Counted from the stretch's first letter, positions 10,341 to 19,424 are shown. The stretch: 64,000 nucleotides of DNA from a virus (IMGVR_UViG_3300014205_000007:34090-98089); one strand, 5' to 3'. Program-made: numbers and translations. The notes: generated by a model not told the origin, from the sequence alone.

Positions 10341-11843
10341 CTAGGCCGCGTTTTTGATGATGGCATAGTTATACGTCGATGTATCGGCAGCCCCGGCAGC
10401 AACCGTAAACCCTGACGCGCCCGTAATCGTAACGATATAGGGTGCCCCAGAAATCGTGCCGCCGACCGTATTCAGCGAGATGGCAATCGCGTCCGTTACG
10501 GCTATGCTCGTGTTGTTCACCGTAACAGGAGTCGCTCCGTTGGCCACGAATGTCCCCACTCGCCCATTGGCGCCCTGCTTGAGTGTTGGGCCGGATGCCG
10601 CAACGGAGAATATGGTGTTTCCCGCAAACGTCTGATTGCCCGTGAATGATTGAGCCGCGTCGGTGCGCGCGATGGTCGCCGACGTGCTCGGAAACGTCAT
10701 CGCCGTACTGTCTGTTCCAGACAGAGTCAAACTGTTGCTTGCCGTCAGGGTTTTTCCGTTGGCTATCGTCAAGGTCGATCCAACCGACGGAGGAGTGATA
10801 ACGACCTTGTTGACGGTTCCTAAGACGCTGAGCGACGAAATTGGAGCGATTATAGCCCCCGTTCCGACATTGAGCGTGGGAGCGAAACCGTATCCCGTAC
10901 TGGAGTACCCGACAAGGCCATAAGCAAACAGGCCAGCCCCGGTCACGGCCGGGACAGCGGTCGTGGAAATGTCTACTGTCCCCAGAGCCGAAACTGACGA
11001 GCTATTGGTCGTCAGCACTGGGACGGTGCTCGTCGTATAGCGGATATCGGTTCCGATATAGGAAGCGGAATTGGCAACCTGCACGGAGCCATCTACAGTA
11101 TCCAACGTGTGAACAAACGAAACGGCGCCGCCGATATTTAGAGAGACGTTGTCCAGGTTATCTGCGATCCGTGCCGATATGTCCTCCCAGATGATCGAGC
11201 CCGCCGACCCGGAAGACGACGTGAAAACGGTTGCCCCTCCAGAGCTGTTGATAACATTAAACGACCCATCCTCGGCCTCGAATTGGGTCAAGGCATTCGT
11301 CGCCGTATAATTTACAGCATTCGTTGCCCCGCTCTGGGCATCTATATGAACATCATGCACATCGAGCTTTGTCGCGTTGCTCCCCGATATCGTCAGAATG
11401 GCACCAGATGTCCCCTGGAGGTCAAGGGAATGCAGATAAACCGTACCGGAGTACGCCGCCGTCATGTTCCCCGTGACATAGACGCTGCGCGCCTGCTGCC
11501 CCTGGATTGAAACGCCGGCCTTTAGGGTGACGTTCTCGACGTAGTTTCCCGGTGCAACGTCAATTGTCGTGCCGCTGGTGGCCGCCGTTATCGCTGCCCC
11601 GATGGTGAGAAACGGATTGGCGATGTCCCCGGCGTTGGTGTCGTTTCCGTTCTTGGCGACATAGAACAGCCCCGTCTGAGGGATTGACGACCGTGGCGCA
11701 AGGCTCCCAAGCGTAGACGTTACGTAGGTATTGACCTGGCTCGCCGTCACCTTGACGTTTGCCCCGGATTGAACGCCAGCGACAAGCTCGACCCCGGTGA
11801 GGGCCGATGCTGCGGGCATTCCTGAGATTTTGGTATCCGACAA
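10341..11843 (-). CDS. tail fibre/appendage with beta-helix region
   Basis: TTG start 11843; SDTKISGMPAA anchor; FYVAKNGNDT...PFLTIGAA...IDVAPGNYVE. Confidence 0.7.
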   Translation of the reverse strand: MSDTKISGMPAASALTGVELVAGVQSGANVKVTASQVNTYVTSTLGSLAPRSSIPQTGLFYVAKNGNDTNAGDIANPFLTIGAAITAATSGTTIDVAPGNYVENVTLKAGVSIQGQQARSVYVTGNMTAAYSGTVYLHSLDLQGTSGAILTISGSNATKLDVHDVHIDAQSGATNAVNYTATNALTQFEAEDGSFNVINSSGGATVFTSSSGSAGSIIWEDISARIADNLDNVSLNIGGAVSFVHTLDTVDGSVQVANSASYIGTDIRYTTSTVPVLTTNSSSVSALGTVDISTTAVPAVTGAGLFAYGLVGYSSTGYGFAPTLNVGTGAIIAPISSLSVLGTVNKVVITPPSVGSTLTIANGKTLTASNSLTLSGTDSTAMTFPSTSATIARTDAAQSFTGNQTFAGNTIFSVAASGPTLKQGANGRVGTFVANGATPVTVNNTSIAVTDAIAISLNTVGGTISGAPYIVTITGASGFTVAAGAADTSTYNYAIIKNAA

Positions 11844-11853
11844 GGTGAAGCCC

Positions 11854-12114
11854 CTATTGCAAAAGGATGAACGAAGTTCCATCCTCCATGAGAATGTAGC
11901 CAGAATTCTCCATGAGGATGTAACCCGTTCTGCCTTCGCCCCAGACCAATTCGTAAAGGCCCCACATCAGAAAATCATTGAACCCGCCCCACACTAGCTC
12001 AAGCTGCGTTGTTCCCTCGGGTCCAATGATAAGCGACGCGGTTCCGATCTGCGTCTGGAACTGCAGTCCTTCGCCAAACGCGAGCCCCGTATCTGAGTCA
12101 ATCAGCCCAGGCAT
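11854..12114 (-). CDS. small virion adaptor-like protein
   Basis: repeated LxWG and ILME(N/D) motifs; AAAGGT RBS. Confidence 0.5.
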   Translation of the reverse strand: MPGLIDSDTGLAFGEGLQFQTQIGTASLIIGPEGTTQLELVWGGFNDFLMWGLYELVWGEGRTGYILMENSGYILMEDGTSFILLQ

Positions 12115-12126
12115 ACCTTTCGGCCC

Positions 12127-13128
12127 CTAGAGAAGGTATGATTGCCTGAAGACGGTTGAAACTGAGCCCGTCCCGCTATTGAGAGTTACCCGCGCATAGG
12201 CTGGTGTATAGGCGTAGTTTCCCTGCGCCGTCGCTATTGCCGCCACAAACGCCGCGTCTGGGTGATTGACCCATATCATAGAGGCGGGCGCCACGGCATC
12301 GGGATAGGACGCATTCGGGTCTTGGAGCGTTTGTGAAATGGTGTAACTCACGGTTCCGCTGACCGTTGCCTGAATAGCCACCTGCGCCATGGCGGCATAA
12401 TCGTCAAATCTGACCCATGAGGAATCGGCTACCGTATTGGTCCCAACGATGACCGTTGTCGCCACCGCCCCGGAGGTCAGAACAGAGGTCACCGTCTGAT
12501 AGGACAGCACAGAGGACGCCGCCGCCCCCGATGCCCCGGTAATCACCTCGCTGATGGGCGACCCGAACCAATCGGTTCCCGCCAACGTAAAGGTGATCCC
12601 CGTATCGTTTCCGCCCGATGTCACGATGACCCGTCGTGCCAGCCCGGACCCGACCGTCATCAAGGTGGCAATCCCGGCGCGTCCAACCGTCAGGGCGCCA
12701 GCGGCGGCCCCGGAAATAGCGATGGAGGAGATGGAATAGTAGGTTTTCTGGCTCGCTACCGTCGATGCGTTTGGCCCCGTCAAAGTCTCGGTTTGAGAGG
12801 ACAGTCCGGATACCGATTGGTATAATCCAGTGATGGTAAAGGTGCGGTTGGAAATATCCGAACCGGACGTGATATAGATGCGGTTGTTGGCGCCGAGGTA
12901 GGCAACGGCGCTCCCGGTCGGAACGGCCGAGCAGATCGCCCCGTTCAACACAAGGTTAGCTGCACCAGAGGGGGTTTGCGAAAGACAGACGTTGTTGGCT
13001 GTGGTGCCGTTGGTCAGGGCACCTTGAAGAACGAGGTATTGTGCTCCCGCCGCCTTTTGCGAGGTTGAAATCCCGTCGTCATCGGCGGAAGCCAATGGCC
13101 CGACATTCACCGTCACCGGCCGCCCCAT
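12127..13128 (-). CDS. virion structural protein
   Basis: two internally repeated Ig-like units (ITSGSDISNRTFTITG / VTSGGNDTGITFTLAG). Confidence 0.6.
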   Translation of the reverse strand: MGRPVTVNVGPLASADDDGISTSQKAAGAQYLVLQGALTNGTTANNVCLSQTPSGAANLVLNGAICSAVPTGSAVAYLGANNRIYITSGSDISNRTFTITGLYQSVSGLSSQTETLTGPNASTVASQKTYYSISSIAISGAAAGALTVGRAGIATLMTVGSGLARRVIVTSGGNDTGITFTLAGTDWFGSPISEVITGASGAAASSVLSYQTVTSVLTSGAVATTVIVGTNTVADSSWVRFDDYAAMAQVAIQATVSGTVSYTISQTLQDPNASYPDAVAPASMIWVNHPDAAFVAAIATAQGNYAYTPAYARVTLNSGTGSVSTVFRQSYLL

Positions 13129-13208
13129 AACAAAACCTCATTTCAATTGCAGATTGGTTGGGACGCAGAACCGTGACGAAGACTTGAACGTCTATAGCTT
13201 TGGAACGC

Positions 13209-14198
13209 TTATTTCTTATGGAACCCCTTCAAGGTTTCAGCCAGCATGGCCCGCTTGCGCATTTTAGGGTTATCCGAATGCTCGGCTTTCTCCAGCTTCT
13301 TTTCTGGAATCTTTTCTCCCTTCGGAACTCCCAAGGCTTTGTGGAGAGCCCCCTTGTTCTGGGTTGCCCCCGCGATCCAATTTCCCGCCTTTCCGCCTTT
13401 GGCGAATTTCTCACCCGAGGGGCGTTCCGTGGCATCGCCCTTCTTCCAGTCGCGCTGCATCACGGAGCCTCCGGAGGCGCGCTCAGGCTTGCCGGGAAGG
13501 CCCGTTTTTTCCCATTTGTCCGCAGATTCGTCCATGCGTCTGGCTTTTGCCAACCCACCCAGGATGTTAGCTCCACCCAAGGCCGAAGATGTGCCCAAAA
13601 GGCCGCGTGCAATCTTCCCAATTCCAGGCGAAACCATAAGCGCGCCCGTCCCTGCGGCTCCGAGGGCCGCGTTGCCAACGTCGCGGCGGGCATCTTTTGC
13701 CTTCCCACGCAGATATTCAGGCACGGGATCGCTCGACTTCTTATCGACCTTCCCACCGTCCGCGCGGCACACCGAGCCGCCTTTCTTGAAATCCTTCCCA
13801 TCGGCCCGCTTGGTGGCGTCTCCCGTGGTCCACCCACCCCTGCCTTCGCCACGGTTCGTAGGAACCGCCCCACCAGAGGCGTACTTATCCGACCCATCCC
13901 GTTTGGGCATGCCCTGCTTGACCCGTTCCGTGGCCTTGGGCATATCCGACGTGGGATTTCCGGTCAGCTCCTTGACGGGGTTGGGGCCGATGGCTTTACC
14001 CGTCATTTTCCGGTTGGGGCGGTCAAGGCGCATCTTCGCCATGCCGCCCTCAACCTTACCCCCAGAGGCCCGGCACATTCCACCCGCCTTCAACACATGC
14101 GGGTTGGAATGGTTGCCTGTTTTCACCCCATGGATGGACTTGTTCCCAGGCCCCTCTGAGAGGTACTTGGACATATAGGACTTCATCGGCGTTTTCAT
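13209..14198 (-). CDS. basic K/G-rich internal virion protein with repeated xAxGGxV motifs
   Basis: seven GG motifs; C-terminal NWIAGA...GALHKALGVPKGEKIP. Confidence 0.6.
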   Translation of the reverse strand: MKTPMKSYMSKYLSEGPGNKSIHGVKTGNHSNPHVLKAGGMCRASGGKVEGGMAKMRLDRPNRKMTGKAIGPNPVKELTGNPTSDMPKATERVKQGMPKRDGSDKYASGGAVPTNRGEGRGGWTTGDATKRADGKDFKKGGSVCRADGGKVDKKSSDPVPEYLRGKAKDARRDVGNAALGAAGTGALMVSPGIGKIARGLLGTSSALGGANILGGLAKARRMDESADKWEKTGLPGKPERASGGSVMQRDWKKGDATERPSGEKFAKGGKAGNWIAGATQNKGALHKALGVPKGEKIPEKKLEKAEHSDNPKMRKRAMLAETLKGFHKK

Positions 14199-14245
14199 GG
14201 GGTATCCTACGGATAAATTGCGATTGGGCCGCGCGCCCCTTATTG

Positions 14246-15283
14246 TTACGATGGATTGACGGCCACGCCGGTCGTGTTGGCGGATGGCGCCCCGCCGTCA
14301 ACGTACATCTGCGCCAAGCTCGTGGCATCGGTGCCAAAATCCGTAATACCCACCATGGTATTATCCTTCATCAATAGGAGTCCACCCGAAGACGCCGCCA
14401 GCGTTGCAAGACCGCTCATCTGCGTGGACGTGGATTTGATATTGTTGATAAAGGTGCAGCGATCAAACTTCTGCCACCGATCCATAGAGGCCGAGGCGGA
14501 GGTGATAATTCCGAGCGGCGTCGATGCTGATGTCTGGAACGGGAAGTTACACTCGATGAACGTATTGCGGGGCGTGCCGGCGGCAAATTCGAGCGAAGCG
14601 TTTGCCGCCGAGCGCGCGACGGTGTCAAGCCCAACGTTGCAGCCGACAAAGGTATTCTCACCCGTAGTTCCAGTAATAAGCAACGAACGCGACCCAGCAT
14701 CGGCAGCCGACGCCGCGTCGGCCATGCCGCCAAAATCGACATTCGAGTAGAAGTTGCGGCCAGCAGAATCTGTCCAGCAAATCTGGTTCGTTCCACCCGT
14801 CGAGAACCCGTTGAATAGCGAGAAATTTGCAAACAGGCATCCCGAGGCTGTCACCGTTACGAAGTTCCCAGAGCCAAACGTGGCTTGGGTATAAGTTCCA
14901 GTCGGCGGGGCAATGCGCGCCCGCTGGGAAACCATCGTCGGCGCTGTTTCGCCGATGAGATGGCAGGCATTCTTGGACCAGACCAATGTGCCTGCCGTAA
15001 CCGTTGAATCAATCGTCTGGGCCAGCGCTGTAGACAACCGCGCCGATCCCGAAGAGGCACCATTGCCGACAAGCACGCAAACATCGTTGTTTCCTGCCGT
15101 CATTTTGGCGTGCGCACGGTAAAGGGTAGCGAAAGCCGACTGAGGGCTCGTGCCATCGTTTCCATCAGAGCCGGAAGCGGGGTTCACCCAGTACCAGTTT
15201 CCAGTGAGGGGGATTCCGCCGAGACCACCCACGAGCGGGACCCCCCAAGATGAAACGCCATTCGGAAAGTTTGTAATTGGCAT
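14246..15283 (-). CDS. virion structural protein (beta-helix-like)
   Basis: MPITNFPNGVSSWG start; WVNPASGSDGNDG...AFATL motif; downstream of MCP. Confidence 0.6.
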   Translation of the reverse strand: MPITNFPNGVSSWGVPLVGGLGGIPLTGNWYWVNPASGSDGNDGTSPQSAFATLYRAHAKMTAGNNDVCVLVGNGASSGSARLSTALAQTIDSTVTAGTLVWSKNACHLIGETAPTMVSQRARIAPPTGTYTQATFGSGNFVTVTASGCLFANFSLFNGFSTGGTNQICWTDSAGRNFYSNVDFGGMADAASAADAGSRSLLITGTTGENTFVGCNVGLDTVARSAANASLEFAAGTPRNTFIECNFPFQTSASTPLGIITSASASMDRWQKFDRCTFINNIKSTSTQMSGLATLAASSGGLLLMKDNTMVGITDFGTDATSLAQMYVDGGAPSANTTGVAVNPS

Positions 15284-15368
15284 AGCCGTTTTGTCCTGTG
15301 CCAGTGTTTCAAATTAGGTAGTGCCGACGCAGGACAAAACGGCTGGTGAGGTGTTGTTACAGATTCTC

Positions 15369-16466
15369 CTACTCAGGGGAATCGCTCATCCCTTGATGCT
15401 TGCGAAGATAGTCCGCCGCGCGACGCATCAGTTCTGGATCATCGCGCAATTTACCGATGCCACGATTACAGGCACCGCAGAGAAGCTGGCGAACCTTGCC
15501 AGTCCGATGGTCGTGATCAACGGATAGCCACCGCAGTTTTCCGTTCTTCATTTCAGTCTCAGGACTGCGGCAGATGGCACACTTACCATCTTGTTCGGCA
15601 TGCATGCGGTCATAATCCGCCAATGTAATCCCAAACGCTCTCAATAGCGCACCATTGCGCTCGACCTCCGGGAAGGCAATCCGCCGCGCGCGGTCGTAAG
15701 CCCTTTTACCCTCTGCGCTAGTGGCCGCGCCGAGAGTGCGGTGCATGGTCTCTTCCCACGCCCAGTTCCCTGGCCCGATAGGAAGCTCGACGTTAATGGG
15801 GACCAACCTCGTATTAAGCCGGAACCCAGAACGCTCGATGTCCCTCTCGAAATCCTCCAAAGAGGCCCACCCGACATGCCCCAGCGCCCGCGCAACCGTC
15901 CCCGCCCAAAGGCGCCGCACATTAGATGAGACGCGGTAAGTCTCTCTGCGTTGCGGCGCGTCAGGGTTGTCCTGCGGCAGAGCGGCGTAGTGTTTGCGGG
16001 CTTTGTTGCACGCCTCAATCGCTTCAGCCTTAGTGCGGAAGCGCCCAACGGCAATCTGCTTGTAGTTCACAGTTATCTTGGCGAACCACTTCTTTTTGGT
16101 CTTGTCCCAAGACACGCCAGCGCCGCGATTGCCCTTGTAATGTTTACGTGTCGTTTCCGCTGGCGTGAGCAGCTTCAGGTTGGCAAAGCGCAGATCAAGG
16201 TAATCCCCGTTCTTCGGAGATATGTTGTGCTTCGGCCATTCGCCGTTGACATAGAACCAAGCCAAGCGGTGAGCCAAATAAAGGCGATCATCTACCTTGA
16301 TGTACTTCCGACCATTCGCCGCAACCGATCCAGGATCGCGTGCGAACGATGCTGGCCGCGCAGTCTCACGATCCTTCCAAGCGAAGGCGCCAGCTGATGG
16401 ACTGTAATCCAGCAGCTCTTTCAGGCGTTGATGTGAAACTGCGTTTTCCACGTTCTTCCTAGTCAT
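15369..16466 (-). CDS. free-standing homing endonuclease: degenerate HNH + AP2 + endonuclease VII domain
   Basis: YLAHRLAW HNH scaffold; GVSWDK...WFAKI...GRFRT (AP2); QDGKCAIC...VDHDH...LLCGACN (EndoVII). Start at 16466 after GGAG. Confidence 0.85.
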   Translation of the reverse strand: MTRKNVENAVSHQRLKELLDYSPSAGAFAWKDRETARPASFARDPGSVAANGRKYIKVDDRLYLAHRLAWFYVNGEWPKHNISPKNGDYLDLRFANLKLLTPAETTRKHYKGNRGAGVSWDKTKKKWFAKITVNYKQIAVGRFRTKAEAIEACNKARKHYAALPQDNPDAPQRRETYRVSSNVRRLWAGTVARALGHVGWASLEDFERDIERSGFRLNTRLVPINVELPIGPGNWAWEETMHRTLGAATSAEGKRAYDRARRIAFPEVERNGALLRAFGITLADYDRMHAEQDGKCAICRSPETEMKNGKLRWLSVDHDHRTGKVRQLLCGACNRGIGKLRDDPELMRRAADYLRKHQGMSDSPE

Positions 16467-16497
16467 CCGTAAATCTCCAATTGATGCCAATTCCTCT

Positions 16498-16526
16498 ATT
16501 GTAGAGGCGCCGATTGGAGATGTCCA
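16498..16526 (-). promoter_or_regulatory. sigma70-like promoter of the endonuclease gene
   Basis: TGGACA-N17-TACAAT. Confidence 0.65.
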
Positions 16527-16536
16527 GTGCATTTAG

Positions 16537-16586
16537 GGCTATGAGCGTTACACGTTTAGAACTTAAGTCACATAACGCTCATAGCC
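16537..16586. repeat. perfect 14-bp inverted repeat GGCTATGAGCGTTA
   Basis: arms 16537-16550 and 16573-16586. Confidence 0.9.
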
Positions 16587-16603
16587 GAATTTATACTTAT
16601 TTA

Positions 16604-17515
16604 TCAAGACGCTGGCGTTGACGCCCAGATGCACCTTGGATCGTTGTACGTACTGATGTAGCGCTCGTACCCCTTAATCAGCACGTTGTCCGTGTGGTTG
16701 TCCACCCACATATCCGTCTCGAACGGAATGCGCTCCATCATCACGAGGCCATCGATGTTGGTCTTGATGAACCAGGCATAGGGTGAGGTCAGGTAGTCGT
16801 TGATCGTGTATTCGCGGATACCGGCCGGCATTGACAGGACCGCGTTGACGGTGTTGTTTGCCGTATCGGGCTGCAATTCCGTCTTCATTAGACGTTCTGC
16901 AACTGCGGTGAGCTGTACCGGGACAACCAGCTTCTGAGCCCTGGCATTGATCTTGAGGCCGGCTTCATCCACGAACTGCGCGCGAATGTTCTGGCATGCC
17001 TGGATCAGGGCCGTTTCCGTCAGATCGAGCTGAACGGAGAAGGTATTGGCCCAAGTACCCCCATCATATGGATGCGCAGTGGACGAAAGAGGCACCGCAT
17101 CACCGCCGACCGTCGGATCGTAGGTAGCACAGTTGTTGAGGACGTTGGCCGACTGGATTTCCTTGAACTGATTGAATGAGTTTGCCAAGGGGAGCTTCAT
17201 AAGATTGAAGTCCTTGACGTACTGGTTGTCGTCCAGCGATTCACGGGTGATCGAGTACCCCAATCCAACCTGGAAGGGCTGGGCATTGTAGATGTAGCGC
17301 TGGCCCGAGTTGTTATCGAATGCCGTGGCGCCGCCTTCCGTCTTGAGCTGGGCCAATCCAAGAATACGCATCTGCGCCTTGGATTCAACTCGCAGCGTTG
17401 CCTTATGGACGGTAAAGAGGTCGCTCCACTCCTTGGGAAGCTGCTGGTATTCGCCAGCAACGTCGTAAAGGCCCGGCAGGAGCAAGGACTTGATTTGTGC
17501 GGTATTAACAGCCAT
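16604..17515 (-). CDS. major capsid protein (Mu gpT-like family)
   Basis: LLLPGL, KTEGG, LGYSITRE, DAVPLSSTAHP, KLVVP, AWFIKT, KGYERY motifs; 303 aa after the decoration gene. Confidence 0.85.
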   Translation of the reverse strand: MAVNTAQIKSLLLPGLYDVAGEYQQLPKEWSDLFTVHKATLRVESKAQMRILGLAQLKTEGGATAFDNNSGQRYIYNAQPFQVGLGYSITRESLDDNQYVKDFNLMKLPLANSFNQFKEIQSANVLNNCATYDPTVGGDAVPLSSTAHPYDGGTWANTFSVQLDLTETALIQACQNIRAQFVDEAGLKINARAQKLVVPVQLTAVAERLMKTELQPDTANNTVNAVLSMPAGIREYTINDYLTSPYAWFIKTNIDGLVMMERIPFETDMWVDNHTDNVLIKGYERYISTYNDPRCIWASTPAS

Positions 17516-17576
17516 TGGATGTTATCCTTGGATAGCGGGGTCTATGCGGACCCAGGTTGAGAGAAAGGGTTTCCGC

Positions 17577-18212
17577 TTAGGTGCCCAGCGAGCCAGTGCC
17601 AGAGAGGTTCGGCTGCACGAGAACCCAGTTGTAGGCGCCCGTTGCCGATCCAGAGTAGGGACCGTTGGTGCCCGGCTGAATGCCCAGTGCCCCACCTGCA
17701 CCCGGAAGACCGCCGTAAAGGCCGATGATCCGGAACGGCAGCGTGGCGGTGTTGGCGACACCCGAGAGATAGGCCCCAGACTGGCCGGTCTGCACGTTAC
17801 CCGTGCCGATGGTGATTTCTGCGTTGAGGCCGATGTCGGTGAAGGCCACACCAGTGCCATCCGACTGGACGAGGAATACCGATCCGGGGGTGACGGGGAT
17901 GATCTTGGCCACGATGGTGCTCTGCGCCGTCGAAGCGACATCGGCACCCGGCCAGAAGTTCGAGGAGGTCATCTTGCCCTGTGCGGTGGAGAGATACTCC
18001 ACCCCATCGAAGATGCCTGCCAGCTTGGCGATGCCGTCGGCGGCGGCCCACTGGGCAATATAGCCGGTATCGAGAACCTTGATGGGGTCGCCGGTAAAGA
18101 TTTTGGTGGTGTCGTTGTAGGCGATGTTCTTCGGGATCATCTGGAAATTGGACGGCGCCCCGACGGCAGAAGTCTGCTGGCGGAGGCCGAAGGGAGCATT
18201 GATGTTTGCCAT
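17577..18212 (-). CDS. capsid decoration/cement protein
   Basis: MANINAPFGLR...IFTGDPI...GIFDGVEY; immediately upstream of MCP. Confidence 0.65.
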   Translation of the reverse strand: MANINAPFGLRQQTSAVGAPSNFQMIPKNIAYNDTTKIFTGDPIKVLDTGYIAQWAAADGIAKLAGIFDGVEYLSTAQGKMTSSNFWPGADVASTAQSTIVAKIIPVTPGSVFLVQSDGTGVAFTDIGLNAEITIGTGNVQTGQSGAYLSGVANTATLPFRIIGLYGGLPGAGGALGIQPGTNGPYSGSATGAYNWVLVQPNLSGTGSLGT

Positions 18213-18547
18213 GGATGGGGCGCCCAAGTTTGCCTTGGCTTGCCCTTTGGCCCGATGCGCGAGCTGTCAAGGATTCCTTGACAGTTGGACAGCGCAAGAC
18301 AGACGTGGGGAGCGAAGCCAAATGAATTGACCTGTCGGCGCACCACGCCTACGATAAAGGTGATGCCGACGCTCGCTCCCCTCTTTCGACTCAACCGCCC
18401 CTGGCGGTGGGAGAGTAAATTCCCGATCACATCGCGTGATGGGTACGCCTCAAGAACTGCGTGTGAATTGAGTTAATGCCGATTGCCCAGTGATTCGTCA
18501 ACAGGTATGATTGGGCTCAAGGGGCATTCAGAGTACAGGAAGGCAGA

Positions 18548-18982
18548 ATGAATTGTGACTACGCCGACATCCGCAGCCGCATTCCCGAGCCGCCGAAGTG
18601 GTTCGATGAGCACGGCGTGCCCCGGTATTGCGACTTTGCTCCAGGAGAGCAAGCAAATATCTATGCCGACGAGGTTGTGCTAGCGCTGGTCACTTGTCAG
18701 GGATGTGGTCACGAGTTTTCAGTCTGTTTTTCGCACACCATGAGCTTTGCAGTCGCCGAGGCGATCCGAGACGGCAACGACCCCCATGGTGTCAAATCAC
18801 TGGCGGACCTTATTCGCTTGCGGGAGCTGCATTATGGGGACCCACCAAATATCCAGTGCTGCCCATCTGGACCGACCATGAACAGTGAGCTACGCCGAGT
18901 CATTGAGTACTGGCAATTAGGAGGCGATGACAAGCGTCGCCTGACGGCATTAGAAGTAGACATCAGCCCAGATTGGGTATGA
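18548..18982 (+). CDS. hypothetical Cys/His-rich phage protein
   Basis: RBS AGGAAGG; WFDEHGVPRYCDF, CQGCG, LHYGDPP. Confidence 0.6.
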   Translation: MNCDYADIRSRIPEPPKWFDEHGVPRYCDFAPGEQANIYADEVVLALVTCQGCGHEFSVCFSHTMSFAVAEAIRDGNDPHGVKSLADLIRLRELHYGDPPNIQCCPSGPTMNSELRRVIEYWQLGGDDKRRLTALEVDISPDWV

Positions 18983-19036
18983 TAGTTCCTTTATCACGCT
19001 GACACCTGTGGACCGGCAACTTTGGAGAAAATCACC

Positions 19037-19366
19037 ATGTCGGAGGAGCAAGGGCTACGAGAAAAGCTGCGGGAAGCTTTCCAGAGGAAGCGATATGGTG
19101 CTGGCGATTCCTACGACCCAGACTTTGACCTATTCGATGTTGCCGCAGATGCGCTTTGCGAGCAATGGCGGCCCATAGAGACGGCTCCGAAAGACGGAAC
19201 ATGGGTTCTAGTTTGGGACATACAAAGCGAATACCAGGACCCGAAGTGGGAATCTAATCCTCATATAGCAGCGTGGCGTGATGGCCGTTTCCGCATCCAA
19301 GTCGACGGCCAGTCAACGTACCCAACTCACTGGATGTCGCTTCCATTCCCACCTTCAGCCGGGTGA
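19037..19366 (+). CDS. DUF551-like phage protein
   Basis: WRPIETAPKDGTWVLVW...PTHWMSLP. Confidence 0.75.
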   Translation: MSEEQGLREKLREAFQRKRYGAGDSYDPDFDLFDVAADALCEQWRPIETAPKDGTWVLVWDIQSEYQDPKWESNPHIAAWRDGRFRIQVDGQSTYPTHWMSLPFPPSAG

Positions 19367-19424
19367 CCGCACCGGAGCCCCAACGGTAGCTTGAACCAAA
19401 TCTAGTCTATTTCAGCTATCGGCT

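Noticed and set aside
7159-10560. Duplicated fibre 3' ends as DGR template/variable repeats
   Set aside because: Both copies are coding, differences are mostly synonymous rather than adenine-specific, and no reverse transcriptase is in the window
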